Assembly: GCA_965277715.1 (NCBI GenBank)
Contig: OZ255836.1
Location: 2,528,001 to 2,592,000 of the forward strand
Direction of reading: 5' to 3'
Source of the DNA: Gammaproteobacteria bacterium
GTDB lineage: Bacteria; Pseudomonadota; Gammaproteobacteria; JBCCGL01
Length of the DNA: 64,000 nucleotides
Positions within the stretch are counted from its first letter, which is position 1. Every line of letters begins with the position of its first letter. Positions 40,915-51,065 of the stretch are shown here, piece by piece. The translations under genes and the position numbers were made by a program. Below the pieces are notes generated by a model. It worked only from the letters and a program-made list of their open reading frames with translations, was not told the DNA's origin and did no database searches.

Positions 40915-41271
40915 ATGTTCCGTATCAGCAAAGAATTCCACTTCTCCGCTTCCCATCAATTGTTTGGCCTTGCCCAGGATCACCCCTGCTCGCGCCTGCA
41001 CGGGCACAACTATACGGTGACGGTTGAATTGGCATCAGCCACGCTCGACCCGCACGGTTTTGTGCGCGATTACCGCGAGCTGGATGCCTTTAAACACTAC
41101 CTCGACGATCAAGTCGACCACCGCCACTTGAACGAGGTGTTCGACGACAGGCGAACGACCGCCGAGCACCTGGCGTATACCTTCTACCAATGGTGTGCCG
41201 CGCGCTGGCCAGAGGTCTGCGCTGTGCGCGTTTCTGAAACACCAAAATCCCAGGCTGAGTACAGACCGTGA
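40915..41271 (+). CDS. queD: 6-carboxytetrahydropterin synthase
   Basis: F.F.ASH, C.RLHGHNY, DHR.LN, V.VSET; start at MFRISKEF. Confidence 0.95.
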   Translation: MFRISKEFHFSASHQLFGLAQDHPCSRLHGHNYTVTVELASATLDPHGFVRDYRELDAFKHYLDDQVDHRHLNEVFDDRRTTAEHLAYTFYQWCAARWPEVCAVRVSETPKSQAEYRP

Positions 41272-41975
41272 GCAGCATTGCCATTAGTGAAATTTTCGGC
41301 CCGACGATTCAGGGCGAAGGGGCCTTGATTGGTACACCAACCGTGTTTGTGCGCACCGGTGGCTGTGACTTCCACTGCCATTGGTGCGACACCCTGTATG
41401 CGGTTGAAAAACGTTATCGCGACCAGTGGTCGCGTATGAGCGCGCAGCAGGTGTTGGCAAAAATAGAGGCGCTGAGCGGTGGCACGCCCTTGTTAGTCAC
41501 CTTATCGGGTGGCAACCCCGCACTGCAACCACTGGCAGCACTTATCGCGCTTGGCGTTGAACGCGGCTATCGCTTTGCCCTGGAAACCCAGGGCAGCGTA
41601 TCGCAAACCTGGTTTAGCGCACTGGATGTGTTGACCCTCAGCCCCAAACCGCCGTCTTCCGGGATGGTTTTTTCGGCTGAAAAGCTACACGACTGCATTA
41701 CAGCGGCGGGCGATAAAACCGCTGTTAACCTGAAAATAGTCATCGACGACGCCAATGACCTGCACTGGGCGGGCCAGCGCCACAGCGAATACCCGCACCT
41801 TCCGTTGACACTGCAACCGTGCAATACCCATAGCGGTAATGCGCCAGTCGATAAAAAACAGCTCAACGAAAAAATGCGTTGGCTGGTCGCTACGGTCAAT
41901 GAACGACAGTGGTACGGTGTGCGGGTGCTGCCACAACTGCATGTCCAACTATGGGGTAACCAACGCGGTTTTTAA
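41268..41975 (+). CDS. queE: 7-carboxy-7-deazaguanine synthase (radical SAM)
   Basis: [21 protein letters not shown]. Confidence 0.95.
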   Translation: MSSIAISEIFGPTIQGEGALIGTPTVFVRTGGCDFHCHWCDTLYAVEKRYRDQWSRMSAQQVLAKIEALSGGTPLLVTLSGGNPALQPLAALIALGVERGYRFALETQGSVSQTWFSALDVLTLSPKPPSSGMVFSAEKLHDCITAAGDKTAVNLKIVIDDANDLHWAGQRHSEYPHLPLTLQPCNTHSGNAPVDKKQLNEKMRWLVATVNERQWYGVRVLPQLHVQLWGNQRGF

Positions 41976-41977
41976 TT

Positions 41978-42445
41978 ATGAACGAACAGACCATCTATCA
42001 GAACCTGACACAGCTCGGTGGTGATACCGTGCAGCCACAAAGCCCTGAAGAGGCCGTATTGGAAACAGTGCCAAACCCGCAGGCCGGAGTAAATTACCTG
42101 GTGCGCTTTACCGCGCCGGAGTTTACCTCCCTGTGCCCGATGACCGGGCAGCCGGATTTTGCCCATCTGGTGATCGACTACGTGCCGGAGAAAAAACTGG
42201 TGGAGAGCAAATCGCTGAAACTATTTCTCACCTCGTTTCGCAATCATGGTGCGTTTCACGAAGACTGTACGGTTTCAATTGCACGGCGTTTGATCGATGA
42301 ACTAACGCCTAAGTGGCTGCGTATTGGCGGTTACTGGTATCCACGTGGCGGCATACCGATCGATGTCTTTTTTCAACACGGTGAATTACCTGCCGGTGTA
42401 TGGCTCCCCGATCAGGGGGTGGCGCCCTACCGGGGGCGGGGATAA
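41978..42445 (+). CDS. queF: preQ1 synthase (nitrile reductase), short unimodular type
   Basis: [29 protein letters not shown]. Confidence 0.95.
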   Translation: MNEQTIYQNLTQLGGDTVQPQSPEEAVLETVPNPQAGVNYLVRFTAPEFTSLCPMTGQPDFAHLVIDYVPEKKLVESKSLKLFLTSFRNHGAFHEDCTVSIARRLIDELTPKWLRIGGYWYPRGGIPIDVFFQHGELPAGVWLPDQGVAPYRGRG

Positions 42446-42751
42446 GTTTCAATACCGCCACTGGGCCGATTTCACCAATGTTCACATGTACTTACACCCA
42501 GGCGGTCGAAACATTCAGGTGGTTGCATAAGCCCTGCGTTCAGGATAGCCTGTCTGTAGACGATACCGTGACTGCGTACTTACAAGAAATTATGCAAATC
42601 GTAGAAAATGGCCATGCCCCGCGATACCCACTGCCCATCCACTCTTTCGCAAGGGTGCAAAAAAATAACCCTAATCAATCTTTCCGCCCGCTACGGGCGC
42701 CTAAACCCGACAGACTCCTGGCTTTTATTTAGATATTTAAGAGTAAGAATT

Positions 42752-44221
42752 ATGCTGATCTTAAAAAAACTTCCATTTGTTATTCTCATATCGTTTGCAT
42801 CACTGCTGGCTGCTTGCGGTGGCAGTGGCAACAATGCAAGCACTGCAGTAGTGAATCAAACACATTTGTACAGTAGTACGAATAATGCCGCCGGTAACAA
42901 TGTTGTGGCATTTGAGATTCAATCGGGTGGCGGGCTAACCCAGGTTGGTTCATTCCCTACCGGTGGGTTAGGTGACGCTGACGAGGGTGATTTTGATGGG
43001 CAATCCTCGATTCGTGTTATCGGTAATCACCTGCTGGTCGTTAATGCCGGTGAATTATCAACCGGCGTGAACAACAACGGCAGTATCAGTGTTTTTAGTA
43101 TTGCAACTAATGGCCTGTTAACACGGGTTGATCAGGATGCGACAACCGCCGGTGTACAAAATATAGACTCAAACGGTATCCGCCCAGTCAGCATTGACTA
43201 CCACAGCAACGGGACAACCACATGGGTACTGGTGGCCAATCAACACAGCAATCCATTATGTGACGCGGGTGATATGTTAGGCAGCACAAATGCTGCCCCA
43301 GCCACTTCGCTGGCAAACTGCTTCGATCAAAATGACCAGATGTTGGGGAATGGTACTAACGGGAGTCTCGCCACCTCGACAGCCCGGAATTTGTCACTGT
43401 ACACATTCGCCAACGGCGTATTGACGTCACTGGGTACACCTGCCACCTATAACAGCCCAATATACGGTGGCCCCTCACAGGTATCGTTCAGTCCCAACGG
43501 CAGCATGGTGGCAGTCACTACCTGGGGAATTCCACACTTTACCGGGCTTGCCAATACTACTTTCCAGAGCCCCAGCCGCACCTATCTGTACGATGTCAAC
43601 ATAACGGGTACAACCCTGAGCCTGCAGAACGAGCGCTTTTTTCAGCAGACCGGTGTTTCAGGCAGCATTGGGTTCTCCTGGAGTTCTGATAATCAAAATA
43701 TTTATGTGGCGAATTTTAATATTGCAAGCAACGTTGCCAATTCAAGCGTAACAATACTGAACACCCAGAACAGTACTAACGTATTCAGTTCTAACGGTAA
43801 CTCCATCCCCAGCGGCACCGCCATGGTGCCGGGCTTTGGTGTAGAGGCTTGCTGGACCTGGCTGAACGCGGACAACAGTCTTTTAACCGTACCCAGTTTT
43901 ACCGCCAATACAGTCAGCACATTTCTGGTAAATGGCACTAATCTCGCGCACCGACAATCGCTGGTTCGTCGTGGCACGTCCAGGCCAGATACAAAAGATG
44001 GTTTTTTCCTCAGCAATAATCAGCATCTCTATGTTTTAGGTGCACTTGAAACCCACACCATCACTGTGTACGACTACGATGCCGACAACAACCTGTTAAC
44101 CGAGCAAACCAATTCACCCTTTTTAATTCCTGACTCACGACCGGGTGGGGCCAATGTGTCGGCCACTACACACGCCTACTTAGGGTTGGCTGGTTATCCT
44201 GCTGGCTACGTCGGCTACTAG
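42752..44221 (+). CDS. Lipoprotein, lactonase-like beta-propeller
   Basis: LLAAC lipobox, PTGG.G, VVNAG...ISVF, P.S.D, ACW; Asn/Thr/Ser-rich. Confidence 0.75.
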   Translation: MLILKKLPFVILISFASLLAACGGSGNNASTAVVNQTHLYSSTNNAAGNNVVAFEIQSGGGLTQVGSFPTGGLGDADEGDFDGQSSIRVIGNHLLVVNAGELSTGVNNNGSISVFSIATNGLLTRVDQDATTAGVQNIDSNGIRPVSIDYHSNGTTTWVLVANQHSNPLCDAGDMLGSTNAAPATSLANCFDQNDQMLGNGTNGSLATSTARNLSLYTFANGVLTSLGTPATYNSPIYGGPSQVSFSPNGSMVAVTTWGIPHFTGLANTTFQSPSRTYLYDVNITGTTLSLQNERFFQQTGVSGSIGFSWSSDNQNIYVANFNIASNVANSSVTILNTQNSTNVFSSNGNSIPSGTAMVPGFGVEACWTWLNADNSLLTVPSFTANTVSTFLVNGTNLAHRQSLVRRGTSRPDTKDGFFLSNNQHLYVLGALETHTITVYDYDADNNLLTEQTNSPFLIPDSRPGGANVSATTHAYLGLAGYPAGYVGY

Positions 44222-44228
44222 ACCCCAT

Positions 44229-44472
44229 GTATTAGCCAATAATTGTTCCAGAAAAAAGCGCCCTGGAACAATTAGTTGCAAGTTAATACATATCGGGAGT
44301 CTGTCGGGTTTAGGCGGTAGCGAGGGCGTCTAAGGTGCTGAAGATGAAGTGTTTTTACCAGCATTTTAGCCATCCTGTAGGCATTCTACAGGTGAAGCTG
44401 AAATGCTGGTAAAAGCGCTTTGGATTCTGTGCATCAGGTGGTCGCAGTAGATTCAGCTGCGGAATTTAGGTT
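44229..44472. repeat. Composite of MITE-like repeats
   Basis: Segments match 32015-32095, 42698-42718, 4181-4259, 19586-19651 and 23077-23100. Confidence 0.8.
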
Positions 44473-44507
44473 TAAAGTGGCCTAAGACCGTTGCAAGTAA
44501 TAGTTCC

Positions 44508-44993
44508 TCAATTCGACATTGACGATGCACTAACGTACCCCAGCGGTAAAACGGTGGTATTTTTCAGCTCTTCCATAGCGAAATACGAGCTGACCTCAAA
44601 AATATCAACGCGGGCGATCAGGCGCTTATACACCTTATCAAATGCCTCGACAGTGGGCACGACGACTTTCAGAATATAGTCGACATCACCACTCATACGA
44701 TAAAACTCAACGATTTCCGGGGTATCTGCCACGGCCGCAGAAAACGTCTGTAACCACTCGCTGTTATGTTGATTGGTGCGCACGTTAATAAACACAGTGA
44801 CCCCCACATTCAGCTTCTTCGCATCCAGCAATGCCACCCGGCGCCTGATATGGCCCGATGATTGCAACTTCTGAATCCTTCGCCAGCAAGGGTTCTTACT
44901 CAGGCCCACACGCTCGGCTATGTCCGCCAGCGGTAGCTCGGCGTTGTGTTGCAGTAGTTCAAGAATGCGGACATCCAGGCGATCCAGTGACAT
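44508..44993 (-). CDS. Lrp/AsnC-family regulator (DecR-like)
   Basis: LD.LD..IL..LQ, VGLS..PCWRRI, YRMSG..DY.L. Confidence 0.92.
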   Translation of the reverse strand: MSLDRLDVRILELLQHNAELPLADIAERVGLSKNPCWRRIQKLQSSGHIRRRVALLDAKKLNVGVTVFINVRTNQHNSEWLQTFSAAVADTPEIVEFYRMSGDVDYILKVVVPTVEAFDKVYKRLIARVDIFEVSSYFAMEELKNTTVLPLGYVSASSMSN

Positions 44994-45116
44994 AATTTTT
45001 ATTTAAACAGATAATTTGGGAAATTATCCCAAATATAGCACTAAGCGTGAAAATTATGGGACAAATTTCCTGCGTTTGATTGCTACTATTCAAAAAACAA
45101 TCGGGAGAATGCACAC

Positions 45117-45356
45117 ATGTTAAAACTGTTAACCGACCACCCTGCCAGTGTGGGTGAAACCTATCTTGAACACTTGCTGGCGGCGGGCACGTTTGGTGTG
45201 AAATTATTGATTGCTGCCAGTGTTTGCCTGGTGCACGCGCTGTTGCCGTTTTTGTTCGAGAAAACCGGTAGCAAGATGATCACCGATCTTTACACGTGTA
45301 TGGTGTCACACCGGGATAAGCGGGTGAAAGAGGCAGGCCAGCAGGTGGCCAGTTAG
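45117..45356 (+). CDS. DUF6356-like small membrane protein
   Basis: HP.SVGETY.EH, VHA..PFLF..TGS. Confidence 0.75.
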   Translation: MLKLLTDHPASVGETYLEHLLAAGTFGVKLLIAASVCLVHALLPFLFEKTGSKMITDLYTCMVSHRDKRVKEAGQQVAS

Positions 45357-45568
45357 CCCGGATATTTCACAGCGAGTGCTGAGCAAGTCTGCCAGACAGG
45401 TAGGCTTCAGGAGAATTTGTATAAAACCAAGAAGTGATTCGTTTTACACGAAGGGTTAACCCACAAGCCCCCCAGAACTGCGTTGTTTTTACTCACCATA
45501 GCACCACTATATTAGTCAAGTAATGCAGTAACCCAACGGCGGCGCACAACAACGCCAATGAAAACCGG

Positions 45569-46480
45569 TTACCCCAGCATCGCACGTATCGACTCAATTT
45601 TATCGCCCACTTCCTCGACAAAATCCTCATGGGAAACAATCACCAATCCGCTTTCGGCGAGCTTGGCACCCAGTGGCAAATCGTAAATACTCGGCAGAGA
45701 CGTTGCTGCGCCCCCTATGGTCGGTTCCAGCAGTAGCGCACAGTTCACAATATCGCAATAATCCGCCTGGCCTGGTGTATCGCGCCGCCAATTGCGCGTC
45801 TGGTGTATAACATTGATTATTTCACTATCGAAGTTCCACTGTTTTAATAGCCAACTGCCAATGTGCACGCGCAGATTATCGGTGGTTTCTTCCAACTGCT
45901 CTGCGCTATCGATGATTTTCGCTTTTTTATCAACCTGATTGAGTATGGGTATCACACCAATATCGTGCAATAAACCGCACAGTGTTGCGCGCTCGGGGTC
46001 GAGGTATGACAGTTTGTCGGCAACTACTTCGCACAGTGCCGCGACCGTCGTGCTGTGTTCGTACAACGTTTTCAGGCGCTCTTTAACAAACGCCGTGTCT
46101 GCCCGAAACAACTGCTTTATCGCGATCATCGCTATCAGGTTCTGCGTCGAATCCAGCCCGATCCGCACAACAGCCGTACGCAAACTGTCAATTTTGTGCA
46201 TGCCACGGTATAGCTGACTATTGGCCACCTGAACCAAACGGGCACTGATCACCGGATCATTCTGCACAATGGTGGTTATCTCCCGAATACCAATTTCCGG
46301 GTTCAACATTGCTCTACGCACTTTCCAGGCGACCTCCGGTAAATTCGGTAGCTCAATGGTGTTATTGAGAAAGGTGACATGCACAGTCTCAGCGCCACCT
46401 CGTTCCCCTCTCTCGTCAAGGTGTACTTCAGGTACTGTCGGTGGATACTTGGGCTGTGGCCTATACATAGTTGGTATCAA
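45569..46480 (-). CDS. HDOD-domain protein
   Basis: LP.LPEVA, DP.ISARL..VANS, GLLHDIG. Confidence 0.9.
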   Translation of the reverse strand: MIPTMYRPQPKYPPTVPEVHLDERGERGGAETVHVTFLNNTIELPNLPEVAWKVRRAMLNPEIGIREITTIVQNDPVISARLVQVANSQLYRGMHKIDSLRTAVVRIGLDSTQNLIAMIAIKQLFRADTAFVKERLKTLYEHSTTVAALCEVVADKLSYLDPERATLCGLLHDIGVIPILNQVDKKAKIIDSAEQLEETTDNLRVHIGSWLLKQWNFDSEIINVIHQTRNWRRDTPGQADYCDIVNCALLLEPTIGGAATSLPSIYDLPLGAKLAESGLVIVSHEDFVEEVGDKIESIRAMLG

Positions 46481-46553
46481 TTACTGAGTGGTTACCAGTG
46501 AGGGTAGATCACTACACGCAATTTACCAGTTATGAGGGAACCAGTCGGAACGA

Positions 46554-47372
46554 TCAACGCGCCGGCTGGCAAATGGCACAGAAAAAGGAGCCGCGCTGAC
46601 CAATCACCTTGTGCTTGATAGGGGCTTTACATTGCCGACAGGGTTCCCCGGTGCGTGCGTAGACATACAGCGATTGCTGAAAATAACCGGGGGCACCCTG
46701 TGGATTGACAAAATCGCGCAGCGTCGTGCCACCGGCTTCAATCGCATTACCCAGCACCTGGCGAATCGCCCCAGCCAGCGCACAATAGCGCGCACGGCTG
46801 ACTTTACCGGCGGGAGTGGTAGGGCGGATACCCGCCATAAACAGGGCTTCACTGGCGTAGATATTACCCACACCGACCACCACACTGCTGTTCATAATAA
46901 ATGACTTGACCGCCAGTGTGCGCTTGCGTGAATGGGCAAACAAATGCTCGCCATCGAACGTATCACCCAGCGGTTCCGGCCCCAGCGCGTGCAATAGTTT
47001 GTGCTGGAGCGGGTCTTTAGCTGTCCACAACAGTGCACCGAAACGGCGTGGGTCATGCAGGCGCAGGCTGTTGCCACTACACAAAAACAGATCCACATGG
47101 TCGTGCTTTCGCAAGGGTTCACCTGCACTCACAATGCGCAAGCTGCCCGACATACCCAAGTGCAGGATAGCGGTGCCAGGGTCACTGCGCAGCAGGATGT
47201 ATTTACCACGTCGCTCCACCGCCAGCACCACGGCGCCCTGCAGGGCATTCAAGCTGCGCGGCACCGGCCAGCGTAGCTGGCGCTGGCGCACCACAATATC
47301 GCTTACTGTTTGTTGCAGAAGGTGCGGCGCAATACCACGGCGGGTGGTCTCAACCTCGGGTAGCTCAGGCAT
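46554..47372 (-). CDS. mutM: Formamidopyrimidine-DNA glycosylase
   Basis: MPELPEVET, HLGMSG, GVGNIYA.E, C-terminal zinc finger. Confidence 0.98.
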   Translation of the reverse strand: MPELPEVETTRRGIAPHLLQQTVSDIVVRQRQLRWPVPRSLNALQGAVVLAVERRGKYILLRSDPGTAILHLGMSGSLRIVSAGEPLRKHDHVDLFLCSGNSLRLHDPRRFGALLWTAKDPLQHKLLHALGPEPLGDTFDGEHLFAHSRKRTLAVKSFIMNSSVVVGVGNIYASEALFMAGIRPTTPAGKVSRARYCALAGAIRQVLGNAIEAGGTTLRDFVNPQGAPGYFQQSLYVYARTGEPCRQCKAPIKHKVIGQRGSFFCAICQPAR

Positions 47373-47396
47373 TGGGGAAACTCTTATCCAGTCGGG

Positions 47397-48218
47397 CTAT
47401 TGTTCAGTAAGGCCTAGTGCAAGCGCCTGCGATTCAGACAGTAACAACGCGTAGTCGGCTGCCTCAGGTAGCAAAGCGACGTGTTCATCAGTACGCGCCA
47501 TTTGCAGCGATTGTACGCTGCTATCTGTAAACGTGAGCACTACATCAGCGGCATCGCTGAGTGATAGCCCGGCAGTGGCCACAACCGCCAGCGCATTAGC
47601 CCCCTGCCATTGATTGAGTATGTCGCTATTGTCTATTTCACCGTCAGGCGTCTTCAGGCGGGATAACTGTTTGCCTGTCGGCAGCAGATCACGCTGTACA
47701 AATACCCCAAATCCGCCTGTTAACAGCGGTAGAAACACATCGTCCAGCAACCATACCTGCGTACCAATTTGTACATAGCGGCGCACATCGTTAGGGCCTT
47801 TTCCCCCAAACAGCACCGAAATTGCGCCAGCCTCGGCGCTTAAATGAACACTCGCCTGCGGCGTGCCCAAACCCAGCTCGGCGAGATTCAGTTCATTCGC
47901 TCCATACCCTGACTGGCTGTCCAGTTGTGCCAGTGACAATAATGCCTCGACACGTGAATGGATGGCGGCGCGGTGTATAGGGTCAACCACGGCCCAACCT
48001 TCAGCCACTTTTTGTAAACCCATGGTTGCGTAGCCAGGCCGGTGTATTCTGAGTGCTGTAATCTGTTCTGGTTCGAATACCTCTATCGTAGGGATTGCCG
48101 CGTTGCGTGAGCGGTAATCGTAGTAAGTCACCATGGCCATTGCCAGCACACCGATGTACAACATCACATTAACGACTGTGCGACGGGATACACGGCGCGC
48201 TTTATTAACGGCACTCAT
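47397..48218 (-). CDS. Membrane-anchored DUF4340-like protein
   Basis: N-terminal TM helix, W...P, L.ELGL..P, RYV. Confidence 0.6.
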   Translation of the reverse strand: MSAVNKARRVSRRTVVNVMLYIGVLAMAMVTYYDYRSRNAAIPTIEVFEPEQITALRIHRPGYATMGLQKVAEGWAVVDPIHRAAIHSRVEALLSLAQLDSQSGYGANELNLAELGLGTPQASVHLSAEAGAISVLFGGKGPNDVRRYVQIGTQVWLLDDVFLPLLTGGFGVFVQRDLLPTGKQLSRLKTPDGEIDNSDILNQWQGANALAVVATAGLSLSDAADVVLTFTDSSVQSLQMARTDEHVALLPEAADYALLLSESQALALGLTEQ

Positions 48219-48348
48219 ACTTATTTTTTCTCCGGCAATGTAGTCTACATAAGAAGTATATAAGCCTTTACCCGTACCACAAGCAAACGCGGGATGATCA
48301 CACTATCGGGTGATAGGGGTATAGGTTTGGCAGGTTACGCCAAAACAA

Positions 48349-48497
48349 CTGGCGAGCCTTAAGAGATTCCGCGCAGACTACCCGGAGGCGTCACTGTGGC
48401 TGGTATACGGCGGAAAAGATCGCCTGGAGGTAGACGGGGCATAACGGTAATACCGGCGACAGTATTTTTGCGTGATATTGACCGTATTTTGTCGTAG
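48349..48497 (+). pseudogene. Remnant 3' end resembling AAA/DUF4143 proteins
   Basis: LASLKRFRADYPEASLWLVYGGKDRLEVDG / ITVIPATVFL, with a frameshift. Confidence 0.4.
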
Positions 48498-48577
48498 GTG
48501 TGCGTATCCGTGTTAAGCGCTCATGTCTCAAGTGCCTGGAAAAGACCTCGGGCAAAGACACCAGGCAGCTCTCTTGG

Positions 48578-49054
48578 CTACTCAACAAACACCAACGGCG
48601 CCAACTCATTAAGCGCCTGATGGTACACAGCGCGTTTAAAGAAAATAACCTGCCTGCTGGGTTTCCAATAGTCCACCCAACACCAGCGCTCAAACTCTGG
48701 TTTATCGCAGGCATCCAGCGCAACACACGCCTCGTCACACAGCATTTTCAGCATAAACCAAATTTGTTTCTGGCCAACGCATATAGGTAATTGGTGACGT
48801 CGAATGTAGCGTTTCGGCAGATCATAGCGCAGCCAATCACGCGTACAACCCATTATTTCAACATGCTCCGGTAACAGACCCGTTTCTTCCTGCAATTCCC
48901 GGTACATCGCCTCTTGCGGCGATTCGGTCATTTTTATGCCGCCCTGCGGAAATTGCCAGGCGTTGTGCCCAATACGTTTTGCCCAAAAGACCTCAGAGGC
49001 CCCATTGGTCAGAATAATGCCTACATTCGCCCGGTAACCGTTTGAATCGATCAT
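48578..49054 (-). CDS. rppH: RNA pyrophosphohydrolase
   Basis: MID..GYR.NVGI, WQFPQGG, Nudix box RELQEETGL, GQKQ.WF. Confidence 0.96.
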   Translation of the reverse strand: MIDSNGYRANVGIILTNGASEVFWAKRIGHNAWQFPQGGIKMTESPQEAMYRELQEETGLLPEHVEIMGCTRDWLRYDLPKRYIRRHQLPICVGQKQIWFMLKMLCDEACVALDACDKPEFERWCWVDYWKPSRQVIFFKRAVYHQALNELAPLVFVE

Positions 49055-49163
49055 AGCCCGTCTCGCGAATTTTACTGGGATTGATTCAATCACAAAACAG
49101 ATCACAATATCAATACGGTCTGCTAACATTGTACGCTGCCCACACACTATAAGGTTTAAATAT

Positions 49164-49817
49164 ATGGCACTGGCATTGTTTGATCTCGACGACACATTAA
49201 TTGTCGGTAACTGCGAAACCACCTGGTTTGAATACCTGATCGAACAAGGCCACTACGATGGCCGCCGTTTTGCTGAGGAAATCGCCGAGTTTGACCGCCA
49301 ATATGAAGCGGGTGGTGGCGACATTGACGATTACATGTTGTTTGTGCTCAAACCGCTGACGGAACACCCTATGGAAACCCTGCTCGAATGGCGCTCGGCA
49401 TGGTTTGAACACCGGGGTAAAGCGATGATTGCCAGCAAAACACACGCGCAATTACAACAACACCGCGATGCAGGCGACACGCTGGTTATTATCTCTGCCA
49501 GCAGTCAATTTTGTGTGCAGCCTTTTGCACAGTTATTCAATGTCGATCACTACCTGTGCAGCATACCCGAGGTTATCGACAACCGTTATACCGGGGTATT
49601 TATCCCCCCCGCCTGCTTTGCTGATGAGAAGATCACCCACCTTGATGCCTGGTTAGAAGAGACGGGGCATTCGCTGGAGGGTAGTTATTTTTACAGCGAT
49701 TCACGCAACGATATTCCTCTAATGGAGCGGGTCGATATACCCGTGGCGGTGAATGCCGATAATCACCTCACCCAAGTCGCCAGTGAGCGTGGCTGGCAAC
49801 AACTCGATCTGCGTTAA
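49164..49817 (+). CDS. HAD-IB family hydrolase
   Basis: FDLDDTL, ISAS, FYSDS.ND.PL. Confidence 0.9.
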   Translation: MALALFDLDDTLIVGNCETTWFEYLIEQGHYDGRRFAEEIAEFDRQYEAGGGDIDDYMLFVLKPLTEHPMETLLEWRSAWFEHRGKAMIASKTHAQLQQHRDAGDTLVIISASSQFCVQPFAQLFNVDHYLCSIPEVIDNRYTGVFIPPACFADEKITHLDAWLEETGHSLEGSYFYSDSRNDIPLMERVDIPVAVNADNHLTQVASERGWQQLDLR

Positions 49818-49830
49818 ACCTACCAATCAA

Positions 49831-50460
49831 TTGAACACATTCCGTAGTAAATTCCAGCGGCAGTGCGCACCGGGTGCTGCGATTACGCTAGTGGGGCCAC
49901 TGCTGGAAAACTGCCCTACCTGGCCGGATGGCCCTGTAATCTTTGTCGACGGTGGGGCAAAGTGGCGGGCGCTACTGCCAAAAGATTTCCACTTTCCGCA
50001 TCTATCCCTGGGTGATGGAGACTCGTTAGGTGACCAACAGTTAGACGTGCTGTTGGATGTGGAAAAGGACTTCTCCGATCTCGGCTATGCACTGGATACA
50101 CTTCAGCCACTCTCGATAAGCCGATTGACATTGACAGGCTTTCTCGGCGGGCGCCGCGACCACGAGTGGATCAATTTTGGTGAGGTCGCCAGTTTTTTAC
50201 AAACCCGCCAGCAGTTGCGGGTCGATTTTGGTGGTGAGGTTGCGCTGTTTGCGCCCGGTGAATATACGTTGATCTATCAGGGTTTATTTTCGCTGGTGCA
50301 CTTTACAGTCGCCCACACCTTCATACGGGGTGCGGTTGATTATCCTCTACCACAACCGACAACTATTCAGCCTTTTTCCAGCCACGGTTTGAGTAATTGC
50401 GCCCAGGGTGTTTTTTCTATTGGCAGTGATGCTGTGGTAATGTGTTTTTTTGTGGGGTAA
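49831..50460 (+). CDS. Thiamine pyrophosphokinase-like protein
   Basis: VDGGA, GDGDS, KD.SD, GGRRDH, S.GLSN; start uncertain (TTG 49831). Confidence 0.7.
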   Translation: MNTFRSKFQRQCAPGAAITLVGPLLENCPTWPDGPVIFVDGGAKWRALLPKDFHFPHLSLGDGDSLGDQQLDVLLDVEKDFSDLGYALDTLQPLSISRLTLTGFLGGRRDHEWINFGEVASFLQTRQQLRVDFGGEVALFAPGEYTLIYQGLFSLVHFTVAHTFIRGAVDYPLPQPTTIQPFSSHGLSNCAQGVFSIGSDAVVMCFFVG

Positions 50461-50547
50461 TCAGTACAAAACACGGATAACGACGATGAATGATAAAAAC
50501 GAAAACCTGGTACTGGAATACTTGCGGGCAATTCGTGGCACGCTGAA

Positions 50548-50708
50548 AACGCAGGAGCAGTTGCCGACGACTGTATGGATACAGGAGATAGAGCAACGCA
50601 GGAGCAGTTGCCGACGACTGTATGGATACAGGAGATAGAGCAACGCAGGAGCAGTTGCCGACGACTGTATGGATACAGGAGATAGAGCAACGCAGGAGCA
50701 GTTGCCGA
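50548..50708 (+). repeat. Perfect 47-bp tandem repeat, 3.4 copies
   Basis: AACGCAGGAGCAGTTGCCGACGACTGTATGGATACAGGAGATAGAGC at 50548, 50595, 50642 and partial 50689. Confidence 0.95.
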
Positions 50709-50812
50709 GAAGCGGTAGCTTCACTCTGTAAAAAGACAGAGAAATACACTAAAACATCGCGAGAGAAACCCTATAACACCCTACGCTACCTGCATAGAAA
50801 TAAAGTAAACGT

Positions 50813-50954
50813 TAAGCACATGCATGAAACAAACGCCAGGATTAATAAATGTATTAATTTGCCTTATAACTGAGTCGACGTAAGTGTGCTATTAAAAAAT
50901 AACACACTACTGAAATAATATAATAAAAACGGAAGTTGTTTCGTGCACGTTCCT
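50813..50954. repeat. MITE-like element (terminus CGGAAGTTGTTTCGTGCACGTTCCT)
   Basis: Colinear with 62775-62892; terminus fragment also at 52074-52086. Confidence 0.6.
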
Positions 50955-50959
50955 GATAT

Positions 50960-51058
50960 GTATTAACTTGCAACCAATTGTTCCAGAACGCTTTTTTCTG
51001 GAACAATTATTGGCTAATACATCAGACATCATGTATTGACTTGTGTGCAAGTTAATAC
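50960..51058. repeat. MITE-like palindromic repeat
   Basis: Near identical to 32037-32134. Confidence 0.85.
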
Positions 51059-51065
51059 ATGGGGT

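Noticed and set aside
50548-50708. 47-bp repeat as a CRISPR array
   Set aside because: Units are contiguous and identical, with no unique spacers
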